From the IMG/VR virus record IMGVR_UViG_3300012943_000028, positions 32,001-96,000 of that record: a stretch of 64,000 bases of DNA; one strand, written 5' to 3'. The notes beneath the pieces were generated by a model. It did not search any database and was not told where the DNA came from. It saw only the letters and a program-made list of their open reading frames with translations. This DNA comes from a virus. Lineage: Duplodnaviria > Heunggongvirae > Uroviricota > Caudoviricetes. The position numbers and the translations under genes were made by a program. Shown one piece after another: positions 18,949 to 28,435 of this stretch (positions are counted from its first letter, which is position 1; the number at the start of each line of letters is the position of its first letter).

Positions 18949-20196
18949 CTATATTGCAAACACTCCAGTAGAATCTCCGAACTTCTCAAGCTGCACACCA
19001 CCCTTCTGCGCTATTGTGAGCAGAATGTTGGCATGCGGAGTGTCCTTCGGAGCGGCGATATGCTGATTGCCTTTGATGTTACCGCCACGACCAGCGATGA
19101 GCTGAGGCAGCGGGTTATTGTTGTGAAGATCACTGTTGGCCATGTTTGAGCCGAACAGAATAATTGAATGATCGAGGATGTTGCCGCTGCCTTCCTTGAT
19201 TTCAGACAGGCGCTTGATGAACTTTGCAAAGCGCTCCGTCTGGTATGACTGTACGCGCACGAGCTTCTCATGCTTTGAAGGGTCCTCACCGTGGTGAGAC
19301 AGCGGGTGGAATGCCTCGTCTACACCAACGGTTGGGAAGGTGCGCATTGAAGCTTCCTTGATCATGCGCATAGAGGCAATGCGGGTCTGGTTCGTTTGGA
19401 ACGCTAGTGCTATCATGGCGAACTGAACGTCAAGCAGCTCAGTGAAGTCATCTGGAGTCCCAGCTGGGGCGTCAGGCAGGTCACCAAGCGAGTCAGCCTT
19501 TGCGATGAGCTTCTGCATGCGCTGTTCTACTTCACGCACTGAGCTGAGGTAGTCATCAACGATGGCACGGTCAGACGCACCAAGCTTTGCGTTCATGCTC
19601 TTGCTGGATTCCAGCACATAGTCAAGCAGGCTTCCAGTTGCCTGCAGGCGGGCGATACGGTCGGCATTTGAGTCACCAGCGCCGAACATCGTGTAGAAAA
19701 TCTTGCGTGGGTTGCCTTCTAGCGGAAGACCACCGGCTCCACGATAGCTGATCGATCCGCCTGGCTCACCGCACAGTTCGATCGATGAGAGCGGTGTTGA
19801 CTGACCGATCTGCTTTGCGGCAAGTTGGTCGATTGTTGTACCATCGCTCGTGCGGTCATCTGGGTTCTTGCATGACAACCATGTCTGCTCGATGATGCCG
19901 TGCGGGTTGGAGCTCTCACCTGGCTTGTTGCGCAGGCCGCTGATCACCGTGATGTAGTCACGCATGCTCTCAAGCGGCTTGATGATTGGAGAGAACTCGA
20001 AGTTTGTTCCAACGGTTGGCGGAGTCCAGAACTTCTGGACGGCACCGTGTGGAAAGTAGACGAAGGCCAGGCGTGACGGAGAATCAACGCTGGCGCCAAA
20101 GGCAGGTACCATGGCATCAAGAAGCGGAAGGGCGATGGCTGCACCAGCACCTTTCAAGACTGTACGGCGGGAGAGGGCCTTCTTAGAAACGTACAT
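18949..20196 (-). CDS. DUF1552-like protein with Tat-like N-terminus
   Basis: LSRRTVLKGAGAAIALPLLDAM, RLAFVYFPHG, FHPLSHHG, EGSGNILDHSIILFGSNM..H...LP. Confidence 0.85.
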   Translation of the reverse strand: MYVSKKALSRRTVLKGAGAAIALPLLDAMVPAFGASVDSPSRLAFVYFPHGAVQKFWTPPTVGTNFEFSPIIKPLESMRDYITVISGLRNKPGESSNPHGIIEQTWLSCKNPDDRTSDGTTIDQLAAKQIGQSTPLSSIELCGEPGGSISYRGAGGLPLEGNPRKIFYTMFGAGDSNADRIARLQATGSLLDYVLESSKSMNAKLGASDRAIVDDYLSSVREVEQRMQKLIAKADSLGDLPDAPAGTPDDFTELLDVQFAMIALAFQTNQTRIASMRMIKEASMRTFPTVGVDEAFHPLSHHGEDPSKHEKLVRVQSYQTERFAKFIKRLSEIKEGSGNILDHSIILFGSNMANSDLHNNNPLPQLIAGRGGNIKGNQHIAAPKDTPHANILLTIAQKGGVQLEKFGDSTGVFAI

Positions 20197-20206
20197 GCCG
20201 TGTCTC

Positions 20207-20401
20207 CTAGTTCTTCAGTAGCGACACCAAGATGTTGCAGCGAGCAACCACGGAACCGGAAGCATCTGTCGTGATGTTGGTCTTAGGGTTGTACATGCCC
20301 ATCAGCTTGCCTGACTTATTGAAGAGGCGTGTGGAACCGCCCTGCTCACGCAGGGTACCAATCAGCTTTCCGTCGGCGTCTCGTAGATATGTGGCGGCCA
20401 T
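20207..20401 (-). CDS. small beta-hairpin-repeat protein
   Basis: DADGKLIG / NKSGKLMG / DASGSVV repeats; TAAATA immediately upstream. Confidence 0.6.
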   Translation of the reverse strand: MAATYLRDADGKLIGTLREQGGSTRLFNKSGKLMGMYNPKTNITTDASGSVVARCNILVSLLKN

Positions 20402-20429
20402 GCTCTATTTATCGAGCAATGGCAGGTTG

Positions 20430-21029
20430 TCAGCAGACCTGGTCTAGCCGCATCTTGTAGCGGGTCTGCCCGTTGAGGGTGTACTGCTCAAGCTCTACGT
20501 CGGTGAGGTCTACGAACGGCAGGACCTCTACCTCGGCATCCTCCTCAAACTGGTCGTGCACGTCGTTGTACCCAGTTTTCACCAGGTTTCCAGCGTACAG
20601 CATGTACGGCCTGCCATCTTCACGGAGGAGGTCGATCAACCGCATCTGCGCACTGTTGAACGATGCAAGCCCCTCAACGAAGAGCTTCACCTCACCGACC
20701 ATCCATACACCAAGTTCTAGTGGACCGCCGTCGCAGGCAGTGTTGTACTGCTTTCCATTTCTTCCATCGATTTTCTGGCTGTTGTAGAGGTGCTCGCGAG
20801 CACGGCGACTCCATGGACTGCCAACTGGGCCAAGGAGCTCGTGGTGGCAGAGCGTGCCGAACTCCGCGCGCTCGGGCACCTGCATCCACTTCCACTCGTA
20901 CTTGTTCTCGTACCATTTTGGGTAGAGAGCGTCGAAAGCGCGCCCGATGGCGGCAAACTGGGGATGATGAGAGCCCGCGAGTGGGCGCCTGTAGAAATCG
21001 TCGATCTGCTTGTATGGCAGGAGCATCAT
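20430..21029 (-). CDS. hypothetical protein
   Basis: 199-aa ORF coupled to the Thg1 stop. Confidence 0.6.
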   Translation of the reverse strand: MMLLPYKQIDDFYRRPLAGSHHPQFAAIGRAFDALYPKWYENKYEWKWMQVPERAEFGTLCHHELLGPVGSPWSRRAREHLYNSQKIDGRNGKQYNTACDGGPLELGVWMVGEVKLFVEGLASFNSAQMRLIDLLREDGRPYMLYAGNLVKTGYNDVHDQFEEDAEVEVLPFVDLTDVELEQYTLNGQTRYKMRLDQVC

Positions 21030-21823
21030 TCGAAGAGTGAACGCGCCCTTGCGTCGTTCTTGATGTACCCGAGGTCCATGTTGACCACACTGGAGCGCAT
21101 GATCGGGCCGGTTGGGCGGTACTTCTCTGGGATTTTCTCGAGCTGCTCAGCGGTCATCGGCTTGAGCTGCAGCTCACGGCGCACGAACGTGCCGCTCTTG
21201 AAGAACGTCGGTTCGTTTTCCCACGGCTTTCCAAGCTCACGCAGCAGCTGCTTCTTTGCCTCGCTGTCGACGGCGTGAAGGCGCTTGTGTGAGAAGTGGG
21301 CCTGGGCGGCCATGCTGATGCTGTTCTTGATGGCATCGTCCTGGCGCCAGAGAAAGTTGAGGAAGGCCTCATGCTTGCTTGGCACGTTCCATACACGGCA
21401 GTCAAACGTCGCCAACATGTTTGCCTTTTCAGGAATGCGCTCAGGCAGGCAGCGAGTGAAGTAGGCGCTCGCCATACCAGCGAGGACTGACGTCATCTTC
21501 TGAATCTTGCCATCGAAGAGGTATGAGCTCTCGGCCTCAGGGTCGTCGTTCCACCATACGAGGCTGATCTCATCGGACTGCGTGTAGCCAAGACGGGCAT
21601 GAGTTTCCTCTACGAGGAAACGAGCAGTGTCGATCATGAGCGTGCTGAGGCGCACGTCGTATGGGCGTGGGAGCCCGCGTGTGAAGGTGTGGAACGCACG
21701 GCCATCGAGACGGGCCATGAGCGGAATTCCATGGTTGGCTCGCCGCCCAGCCTCCACCTGTTCTTGCTGCTTCAGGCGATCGCCGAGGGAGTCCTTCGAT
21801 GTCTGTACGGTTTCGTTGCTCAT
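21026..21823 (-). CDS. tRNA(His) guanylyltransferase Thg1-like protein
   Basis: RLDGRAFHTFT, YTQSDEISL, FDCR, WRQDDAIKNS. Confidence 0.93.
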   Translation of the reverse strand: MSNETVQTSKDSLGDRLKQQEQVEAGRRANHGIPLMARLDGRAFHTFTRGLPRPYDVRLSTLMIDTARFLVEETHARLGYTQSDEISLVWWNDDPEAESSYLFDGKIQKMTSVLAGMASAYFTRCLPERIPEKANMLATFDCRVWNVPSKHEAFLNFLWRQDDAIKNSISMAAQAHFSHKRLHAVDSEAKKQLLRELGKPWENEPTFFKSGTFVRRELQLKPMTAEQLEKIPEKYRPTGPIMRSSVVNMDLGYIKNDARARSLFE

Positions 21824-21855
21824 AGCTATCTGCGTCGGATGGTTATCCAACGATG

Positions 21856-21884
21856 ATTCTATCAAGGATAACCGTGGATGTAAA
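21856..21884 (-). promoter_or_regulatory. sigma70-like early promoter
   Basis: TTTACA-N17-TAGAAT on the minus strand. Confidence 0.6.
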
Positions 21885-22328
21885 CTAGTCTTTCAGCTCT
21901 TCTACGTACTCTTGGCCGAGGTAGATTGGGAAGTCTATCGGCTTGAGCTTGTGTACGTCACCGTAGAACGCCATCGTCAGGGTGATGTGGGGCTGGAAGG
22001 TCGGGAAGTCGTGTGATGCGCCATGTTCTGCCATCAGCTTGATGTGGCGAGCCACGACAGATGGTGCGTTTAGCTTGACGACGAGAACGGTGTTCTTGCC
22101 ATCGTCAGTGTTCGTGAAGAGCGCATAGTCCTCGAACTGAGCGATGTGCACCTCAGGATCAGCAATGATCGCTGGGCATGGCTTTCGGCTGTAGAGTACT
22201 GTGGTGTGAAGACGTCGCTCGAATGACGACTTGCTAAGAACCAGCCCATTTGCCTTTGCGAATTCGTAGAGCTTTGGGCCAGATGGAGGGAGGACTCTTA
22301 GACCAACATACGTTCCATGGTCGTGCAT
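21885..22328 (-). CDS. acb1: 2H phosphoesterase, anti-CBASS Acb1 (T4 57B)-like
   Basis: GTYV, LHTTVLYSR, GASHDFPTFQPHITL, EYVEELK parallel T4 57B. Confidence 0.85.
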   Translation of the reverse strand: MHDHGTYVGLRVLPPSGPKLYEFAKANGLVLSKSSFERRLHTTVLYSRKPCPAIIADPEVHIAQFEDYALFTNTDDGKNTVLVVKLNAPSVVARHIKLMAEHGASHDFPTFQPHITLTMAFYGDVHKLKPIDFPIYLGQEYVEELKD

Positions 22329-22376
22329 ACGCTCACATTATACTCTATGATGTTGATGGGATAAACTCAAGCCGCC

Positions 22377-22817
22377 TTATTTCTTAGGCGGCTTTGGCAG
22401 GTCCTCGTCATCGCTCTTCTTAGCTGATGGCGTATCATTCACCCCGTACTTTGCACGGAGGAAGCGCGAGAAGCCTTCAACCGATGCTACATACGCAAGG
22501 TAGATGGCAAACAGGTCCCACGTAAGTGCAGCCTGAAGAGTGAGCTTGACGATTGCGAACGAAGCAACGATACCACCGACCAGCTGCAGCGTCTTCGTAG
22601 TAGAAGCACGGTTGCGCTTTGTGTACGGGTCGTAGGTAGTGATCATGTCCGTTAGGTCAAGATCGCTGTCCTGATTACGGTGAAGACCCCATACGATGAG
22701 AGCGATGATCAGGAAGATCACGGTAACGGCAACGCCGTACGCATTGATCTGAAACTGACCCATCGTCAGCATCGAGTTCTCTAGCATTTCTTTTGCTTGT
22801 TCCACTTGAATACCCAT
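22377..22817 (-). CDS. membrane protein, holin candidate
   Basis: 2-3 TM segments and a charged C-tail; TAAATA upstream at 22907. Confidence 0.5.
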   Translation of the reverse strand: MGIQVEQAKEMLENSMLTMGQFQINAYGVAVTVIFLIIALIVWGLHRNQDSDLDLTDMITTYDPYTKRNRASTTKTLQLVGGIVASFAIVKLTLQAALTWDLFAIYLAYVASVEGFSRFLRAKYGVNDTPSAKKSDDEDLPKPPKK

Positions 22818-22928
22818 GTTAGTTGTCTCCTATCTCCATATTTGCTTTGCTATGGAGCTGGGTATCGTGTAAACAAACCTAGCCCATCCACAGTAGTGGA
22901 CAGGCGTATTTATGAGAACTTCTAGGTT

Positions 22929-23177
22929 TTACTTGCCGAGGTGCAGCTTTAGGGCGTCAAAGCCACCGATCAGCTGACCGTCCTTGAAAATCTGAGGCAC
23001 GGTGCGTACGTTCGGAACGAGAGCCTGAAGCTGTGCAACCGTGTAATAGTTGGTTGCAGATTCCTTCACCTGCCCGGTATCAAGCACCTTCTCGGTGTAT
23101 GGAATGTTGAGTGAAGAAAGAAGAGCCTTTGCCTTGTCGCAGTAGGAGCAACCTGGTTTCGAGTAAATCTCAAACAC
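22929..23177 (-). CDS. glutaredoxin
   Basis: IYSKPGCSYC, RTVPQIF, IGGF. Confidence 0.92.
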   Translation of the reverse strand: MFEIYSKPGCSYCDKAKALLSSLNIPYTEKVLDTGQVKESATNYYTVAQLQALVPNVRTVPQIFKDGQLIGGFDALKLHLGK

Positions 23178-23361
23178 CTGGAACTCCAAAAGAACCTGCA
23201 ATGGCAAGCGTTTCGACGATGTCGTTCGTCAGCCCTGGTCTGTTTGACGGGGGCAGTGTCGAACCACGAATATCAGCTCGTACTTGCTCCATCAGCTCGA
23301 CGACCTTTGCGCGTGGCATATCGCCAACGTCAATGTAGAAAACTTTGCGTGGTTCACTCAT
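23170..23361 (-). CDS. small hypothetical protein
   Basis: ATGA overlap with nrdB; RKVFYIDVGDMPRAK. Confidence 0.55.
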   Translation of the reverse strand: MSEPRKVFYIDVGDMPRAKVVELMEQVRADIRGSTLPPSNRPGLTNDIVETLAIAGSFGVPGV

Positions 23362-24476
23362 AGCTCTGGTAGTTCCTCAAACTGCACTTCGTTTGTCATA
23401 CTTCCAATGATGTAGGAGACGCTCTCATTTTCTTGGAGCGCTGTCTGCTTCTTGTTGGTATTTAGGTGCTTGTTGAACCACGGAACCGGGGTTGAGCGGA
23501 TGCCTGCATCGTACTTGAATCCAATGTCCTTCAGGCGGTGCTGCGCTGTCCAGTCAACGAAGTCGACCATTGTCTTCTCGTTGAGGCCGATGACCGTGCC
23601 TTCCTTGAAGAGGTACTTCGCCCATGCCTTCTCTTCTGCAATGACCGATTCAAGCATCTTCATTGCCTCGTCATGGCACTCCTTTGCGGCGCGCGCAAAG
23701 CGAGGATCGTCCTTGATGACAGTGTTGATGAGGTAGGCGGTCCAGTCAACGTGCAGCATCTCATCCGAGAGAATGAGTGCGATCTCGTTGCCATTACCGA
23801 TGAAGATTTTGTTCTCGACCATGCCAAGGCTGGTCGCAAACGACACGGTGAAACGAATAGCCTCGAGGCCGTAGGAGGCGATGAGCGCAAGGTAGATGGC
23901 CTTGATGTGCTCCTGTTCAGTGATAACCTTTCGCTCAACCTTCTCATGAGCAAGGTATTCCAGCGTGCAGTTCACGCGATGAAGATCATCGTAGTACTTG
24001 CCGATGCTGGACGTCATGGCAATGATCTCGTCATTGTCATGAATCTTGTTGAACTCATCCTTTGGAACGTTGTACACGTTGCGGATGATGTGCGAGTAGG
24101 CGCGAGAGTGAAGCGATTCGAACCACGTCCAAGTAAGCATCAGCGCCTCAAGCTCTGGAATTGAGATGACAGGCGTGAAAATCTGTGCTGGTGCACGACC
24201 CTGAATGGAGTCGAGAGTAGTCTGGCGCAGAAGGTTGGATGTGAAGATGTGGCGAACGGCCTTCGAAGCTTCCTTGAAGTCGTTCTTGTCCTTGATCAGC
24301 GTGATCTCTTCCGGAATCCAGAATGCTGCTCGCTGCGTCTCATCGAACTTTGCGATCTTTGGATACGCGTATTCGTCAAAGCGCTGGGTCGTTACCGGCC
24401 CAGCCTTGTCAAGAAACATGTTGCGCTTCGTGTAGTCCGGTGTCTTGCTATAGTCGCGCTTCGTTACAGTACGCAT
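23358..24476 (-). CDS. nrdB: ribonucleotide reductase class Ia beta subunit
   Basis: FWIPEE, LDSIQGR, ESLHSRAYSHI, LEAIRF, DEMLH. Confidence 0.96.
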   Translation of the reverse strand: MRTVTKRDYSKTPDYTKRNMFLDKAGPVTTQRFDEYAYPKIAKFDETQRAAFWIPEEITLIKDKNDFKEASKAVRHIFTSNLLRQTTLDSIQGRAPAQIFTPVISIPELEALMLTWTWFESLHSRAYSHIIRNVYNVPKDEFNKIHDNDEIIAMTSSIGKYYDDLHRVNCTLEYLAHEKVERKVITEQEHIKAIYLALIASYGLEAIRFTVSFATSLGMVENKIFIGNGNEIALILSDEMLHVDWTAYLINTVIKDDPRFARAAKECHDEAMKMLESVIAEEKAWAKYLFKEGTVIGLNEKTMVDFVDWTAQHRLKDIGFKYDAGIRSTPVPWFNKHLNTNKKQTALQENESVSYIIGSMTNEVQFEELPEL

Positions 24477-26806
24477 GACTCGCAGTGCTCCTCATCGCCG
24501 CTCTCTGGAACGGTCTGGATTTCTGGTGTGATTGGTTTATCTTCCTGCAACAGTAGGTCCTTAGAGGCCTGCTTGTCACGGAGGTCGTAGTAGTGTGATT
24601 TGATTCCCCACTTAGCCGAGAGCATGAGGTTCTTGGCGATGAGGGTTGCCGGAATCTTTCCCTCCGGGAAGAACTTCGGCGAGTAGAACGTGTCGGACGA
24701 GATGCCCTGGTCAACGTACGCCTGGAGAACGGCAACCGTCTTCAGGTAGTTGACGCAGTCTGGCTGGTCCCACAGAAGCTGATAGTGCTTCTTGAGACGG
24801 CGGTACTCAGGCACCACCTGTGCGAACTCGCCTGCCTTTGATGACTTGATAGTGATCAGCTGCTTGGCAAGGTTGATGCCATTCGTTGAGTTGATAACGA
24901 CCGAAGACGATTCAACTGGTGCGATGGCCATCAGCGTTGAGTTGCGAACGCCGTACTTCAGCATCTTCTCGCGCAGAAGCTCCCAGTCAAGCTCATCATC
25001 TGGGGTAAAGTCAACAAGGTCGTTGACGCCCTTAGCACGGCGTTCCCATGGAAACACGCCCTGCCCGTAGTGTGTTGCAGATGCGAGCGTGCAAGGACCC
25101 TTCTCCTTGGCAAGGTTCACTGAGGCCTCTGTGAGATAGAAGGCCTGGTGTTCCATCCAGCGCTTCACTTCTGCCAGCGAGTCGGACTCACCGTACTTGA
25201 GGCGGCGCTTGGCGTGCCAGTATGCAAGGTTCGTCACGCCGATTCCGAGCGGCTCGAACTCCTTGTTGTGCAGCTCAGACTGAACCGTGAGAAAGTCCTG
25301 GTACTGCAGAAGGTTGTGAAGAGCACGGTGCAGCACGGTGGCTGGGCGCTTCATGTCCTCTGGATTGCGGAACGAACCCCAGTTGAGAGAGCCAAGCGTG
25401 CAGAGAGCAATACGTCCAGAAGGATCATCAACCGTCTTGAAGCCCTTCGTAGGCAGCATGATCTCAGTGCAGAGGTTCGTCTGGTAGATAGGCGTCTGCT
25501 TGACATCGAACGGTCCCTGGTTGGCGACGTTGTCGATGTTGAGGATGTAGTAGCGTCCCGTGTCACCACGCTCCTTCAGCAGCCAGTCTTTGATGACGGT
25601 CTCAGCGAGCTCCACCTTCGTGCGAAGGTCAGTGCGGGCCTCGTACATCACGTACAGCTCTTCAAACTTCTCCGAGTCGGTGTAGAAGGCCTCATAGAGG
25701 TCTGGCACCTGGTTCGGGTCGAAGAACGTGATCTTGCCCTGCTCGCGGAAGCGCTTCCAGAACAGCTTGCTCATCACGACGCAGTAGTCGAGGTGGCGCA
25801 CGCGCGTCTCCTCAGTACCCTGGTTGTTCTTGAGAACGATCAGGTCGTCAAACTGGTAATGCCAGATCGGAAAGTTGACAGTGGCTGATGCGTTACGAAT
25901 TCCACCCTGACTACAGGAGCGGAGGTCGGCAAACCACTTCTTGAGAAATGGTATGAACCCCGTGTGCTTGACTTCACCACCTCTAATTGCCGCTCCAAGC
26001 GGGCGTAGTCGTCCGACGTCAAGCCCAATGCCGGCTCGTTTAGCGGCATAATCAGCCATGACTTGTCCTGAAGCGAAGATAGACTTGAGATTGTCATCTG
26101 ACTTGATGAGGACACAAGAAGAGAATTGCTTAGTTCTTGTTCCAAGGCCCGCGAGAACTGGCGTTGCAAGCGTGAATAGACCATCGCTTGCTGCGTTGTA
26201 AAAGTCTCTGACCCAGCGGAGGCGGTCTTTTGTTTCTGCGTGGAAGGCAGTGGCTGCGGCGATGGCGTATCTGACTTGTGGCGATTCAACAACTGAGCCA
26301 GGCTTCGTGCGATTCTGGACCAGATATTTCTCAATGAGCTGTTCAACGGCCGCATATGGAAGTGCCTCATCTTTATCGTGATCTATGAATTTTTCGATCT
26401 GATCCCACTCTCCTTCAGTGTACCACTCAAGAAGCTCTGGGGTGTAGAATTTGTTCTCGACGTTTTTCTTCACGATCTCATAGAGGCGAGGCGGCTTATA
26501 CTGGCCGTAGATGTCCTTGCGCAGCATTGAGATGCGCTGCTTACCAGCAGCAAACTGATAGTTGACGTTGCCCACGTCTGGATGCTCTTCCTCATCAATG
26601 AGGTCGATCATGGCCCTGAGGGCCATCTGGTCCAGCTCACGTGTCGTCATTCCATCGTAGAGGTGTGCATGCGCCGAAATTTCGATCATCGACGGTGAAA
26701 CACCATCGATGCCTTCACAAACTTTCGCAATCTGAGCTTGCCACTTTTCAATCTGCAGGGGGACACGAGCGCCATTTCTCTTAATGACGTGAATCTCGTC
26801 TGACAT
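24464..26806 (-). CDS. nrdA: ribonucleotide reductase class Ia alpha subunit
   Basis: ATP cone VIKRNG, QFSSCVL, TNLCTEI, C-terminal CESC. Confidence 0.97.
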   Translation of the reverse strand: MSDEIHVIKRNGARVPLQIEKWQAQIAKVCEGIDGVSPSMIEISAHAHLYDGMTTRELDQMALRAMIDLIDEEEHPDVGNVNYQFAAGKQRISMLRKDIYGQYKPPRLYEIVKKNVENKFYTPELLEWYTEGEWDQIEKFIDHDKDEALPYAAVEQLIEKYLVQNRTKPGSVVESPQVRYAIAAATAFHAETKDRLRWVRDFYNAASDGLFTLATPVLAGLGTRTKQFSSCVLIKSDDNLKSIFASGQVMADYAAKRAGIGLDVGRLRPLGAAIRGGEVKHTGFIPFLKKWFADLRSCSQGGIRNASATVNFPIWHYQFDDLIVLKNNQGTEETRVRHLDYCVVMSKLFWKRFREQGKITFFDPNQVPDLYEAFYTDSEKFEELYVMYEARTDLRTKVELAETVIKDWLLKERGDTGRYYILNIDNVANQGPFDVKQTPIYQTNLCTEIMLPTKGFKTVDDPSGRIALCTLGSLNWGSFRNPEDMKRPATVLHRALHNLLQYQDFLTVQSELHNKEFEPLGIGVTNLAYWHAKRRLKYGESDSLAEVKRWMEHQAFYLTEASVNLAKEKGPCTLASATHYGQGVFPWERRAKGVNDLVDFTPDDELDWELLREKMLKYGVRNSTLMAIAPVESSSVVINSTNGINLAKQLITIKSSKAGEFAQVVPEYRRLKKHYQLLWDQPDCVNYLKTVAVLQAYVDQGISSDTFYSPKFFPEGKIPATLIAKNLMLSAKWGIKSHYYDLRDKQASKDLLLQEDKPITPEIQTVPESGDEEHCESCVL

Positions 26807-26891
26807 GTTCTTCTTATTCTCCGAAAAATCTATCCGTCGGCGTCATACCATTGTACAACACCAGAAATGTTTACGTAAACTTGGGGCGACC

Positions 26892-27470
26892 TTAGGCGAT
26901 CAGGCCGAGGCAGTACTGCTTCACCTCGTCGTTGCGACGCAGCCAGCCCTTGATGAACTTGGCCTGCGATGGGTTCGCAGCAACGATTGCATTGTAGCGT
27001 GCCTCACGAGCAGCAGCATACCTTTCAATGATGACCTTCGGGTCAGTGCAGTCAACAGCTGCAATCGTCTTTGCGCCGATCGCACCGTCAACAGTTACAC
27101 CTGCGGCTGCCTGCAGAAACTTTGCAGCACGGCCGACACCCATGTTCACAGCACAGTCAAAGTGCATGATAGAAACTGGGGACTGAAGTTGATCGCACTT
27201 GGCGGCGATCCAATACTTGCGCTCGTAAATTTCCATTGCTCCAGCAAGATCAAGGTTCTGGACGTCTACCTCTGGGTTGGCGTTCTTTGCAACGCCATAC
27301 TTGGTAAGACCACCAGTGTCTTCCTTGATGTTCACATAGCCGACCTTCTTCTTCTGCGCTCCGGTTTCGCAAAGACCTGCGATGGTTTCCGGATCGTTGA
27401 CGTTGAAAAAGGCGCCAATCTCATAGATCATTGCGTGCGCAAACGCCGCCTTGAAAGCATCTGAAGCCAT
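26892..27470 (-). CDS. endolysin, glycoside hydrolase family 108 with peptidoglycan-binding domain
   Basis: GYVN..EDTGGLTKYGV, FDCAVNMG, VDGAIGAKT, KFIKGWLRR. Confidence 0.9.
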   Translation of the reverse strand: MASDAFKAAFAHAMIYEIGAFFNVNDPETIAGLCETGAQKKKVGYVNIKEDTGGLTKYGVAKNANPEVDVQNLDLAGAMEIYERKYWIAAKCDQLQSPVSIMHFDCAVNMGVGRAAKFLQAAAGVTVDGAIGAKTIAAVDCTDPKVIIERYAAAREARYNAIVAANPSQAKFIKGWLRRNDEVKQYCLGLIA

Positions 27471-27593
27471 GTGAACTCTCCCTAGTGTGCGATGTAATTT
27501 CGCACGTAGAGAGAATCCCTAACGGCTGTGTGCTATCTTTTATCTATGATGAGACTATTTACTTGCGGCAAAAATCAGAAATGGAAAACAGGT

Positions 27594-28121
27594 TCACCAC
27601 GAAAGGATGTCGCCAACCACCTTGTTGCCGAGATACTTATAGAGGTCGTGAGGACCGATGATGACAGACAGCTGCACTTCCTTGCCAGTTCGCAGCTTCA
27701 CTGGACCAACAGGGTGCACCAACGCTGTTTCTTTCGCTATCATCGGGTGCACCAGAGACATCGGTTCGTCATTTTTGCCAATGAAGTCGATGATTTCGAT
27801 GTCGAGGGTGCGCAAGTTGGACTCATCTGGTGAGAAGCTAAAGGCCACATGCTTCTTCTTAGCGCAGCTCTCAAAGTCAACGGTGTCAACCTGAAGTGTT
27901 TCAAGGTCGGCTGTCAGGATGTGCCATTCAGCCGGGACCCAGAACTCCGTGCCGTTGATGCGGATCTTGACAGATTCGCCGGTAGTCTCTTCGAGGTAGG
28001 TGATAGGGTTGAGCAGGAAGTCAAGCATACCTGCGTGGAAAATCCAGTTGCGCTTGATGACGAGCGGCGAGTGCAACGACTCGATCAGGTATGGCTTGTT
28101 GTATTCTGGTAGGACTAGCAT
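27594..28121 (-). CDS. hypothetical protein
   Basis: 175-aa ORF, TAATG-coupled. Confidence 0.7.
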   Translation of the reverse strand: MLVLPEYNKPYLIESLHSPLVIKRNWIFHAGMLDFLLNPITYLEETTGESVKIRINGTEFWVPAEWHILTADLETLQVDTVDFESCAKKKHVAFSFSPDESNLRTLDIEIIDFIGKNDEPMSLVHPMIAKETALVHPVGPVKLRTGKEVQLSVIIGPHDLYKYLGNKVVGDILSW

Positions 28122-28435
28122 TAGAACCTCAAGAGCTTCTCTTGCTCTTTTTCTTGTAGTAGCTTGACGATTATATCACCATGGCATGCCTTAGGCTTAC
28201 ACCAGCACGCCAAAGTTTTTCCCTTCAGCTCATCGAGCTGAGCGAGGAGCTCAGGGTTGTTCCTGAGCCACTCTTCATATTTTGCGATTACCTGCTCACG
28301 TGTTCCATCTTCACCCGATCGAAATGGATTTCCCCACTTCGAAGGGCGGCCGATGTACACATCATGCGGTTGGCTCTTGTGGACTACCCGAGTCACTCTT
28401 CGATTTCCTGGTTGTCGCCCTGCCAACAGATTCAA
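28121..28435 (-). CDS. DUF4326-like protein
   Basis: DVYIGRPSKWGNPF, LKGKTLACWCKPKACHGD. Confidence 0.9.
   Translation of the reverse strand: MNLLAGRQPGNRRVTRVVHKSQPHDVYIGRPSKWGNPFRSGEDGTREQVIAKYEEWLRNNPELLAQLDELKGKTLACWCKPKACHGDIIVKLLQEKEQEKLLRF

Noticed and set aside
27594-28121. Possible degenerate Hint-domain resemblance (VKIRINGTEFWVPAEWHILT)
   Set aside because: Only one weak block; the TxxH and terminal catalytic residues are absent.
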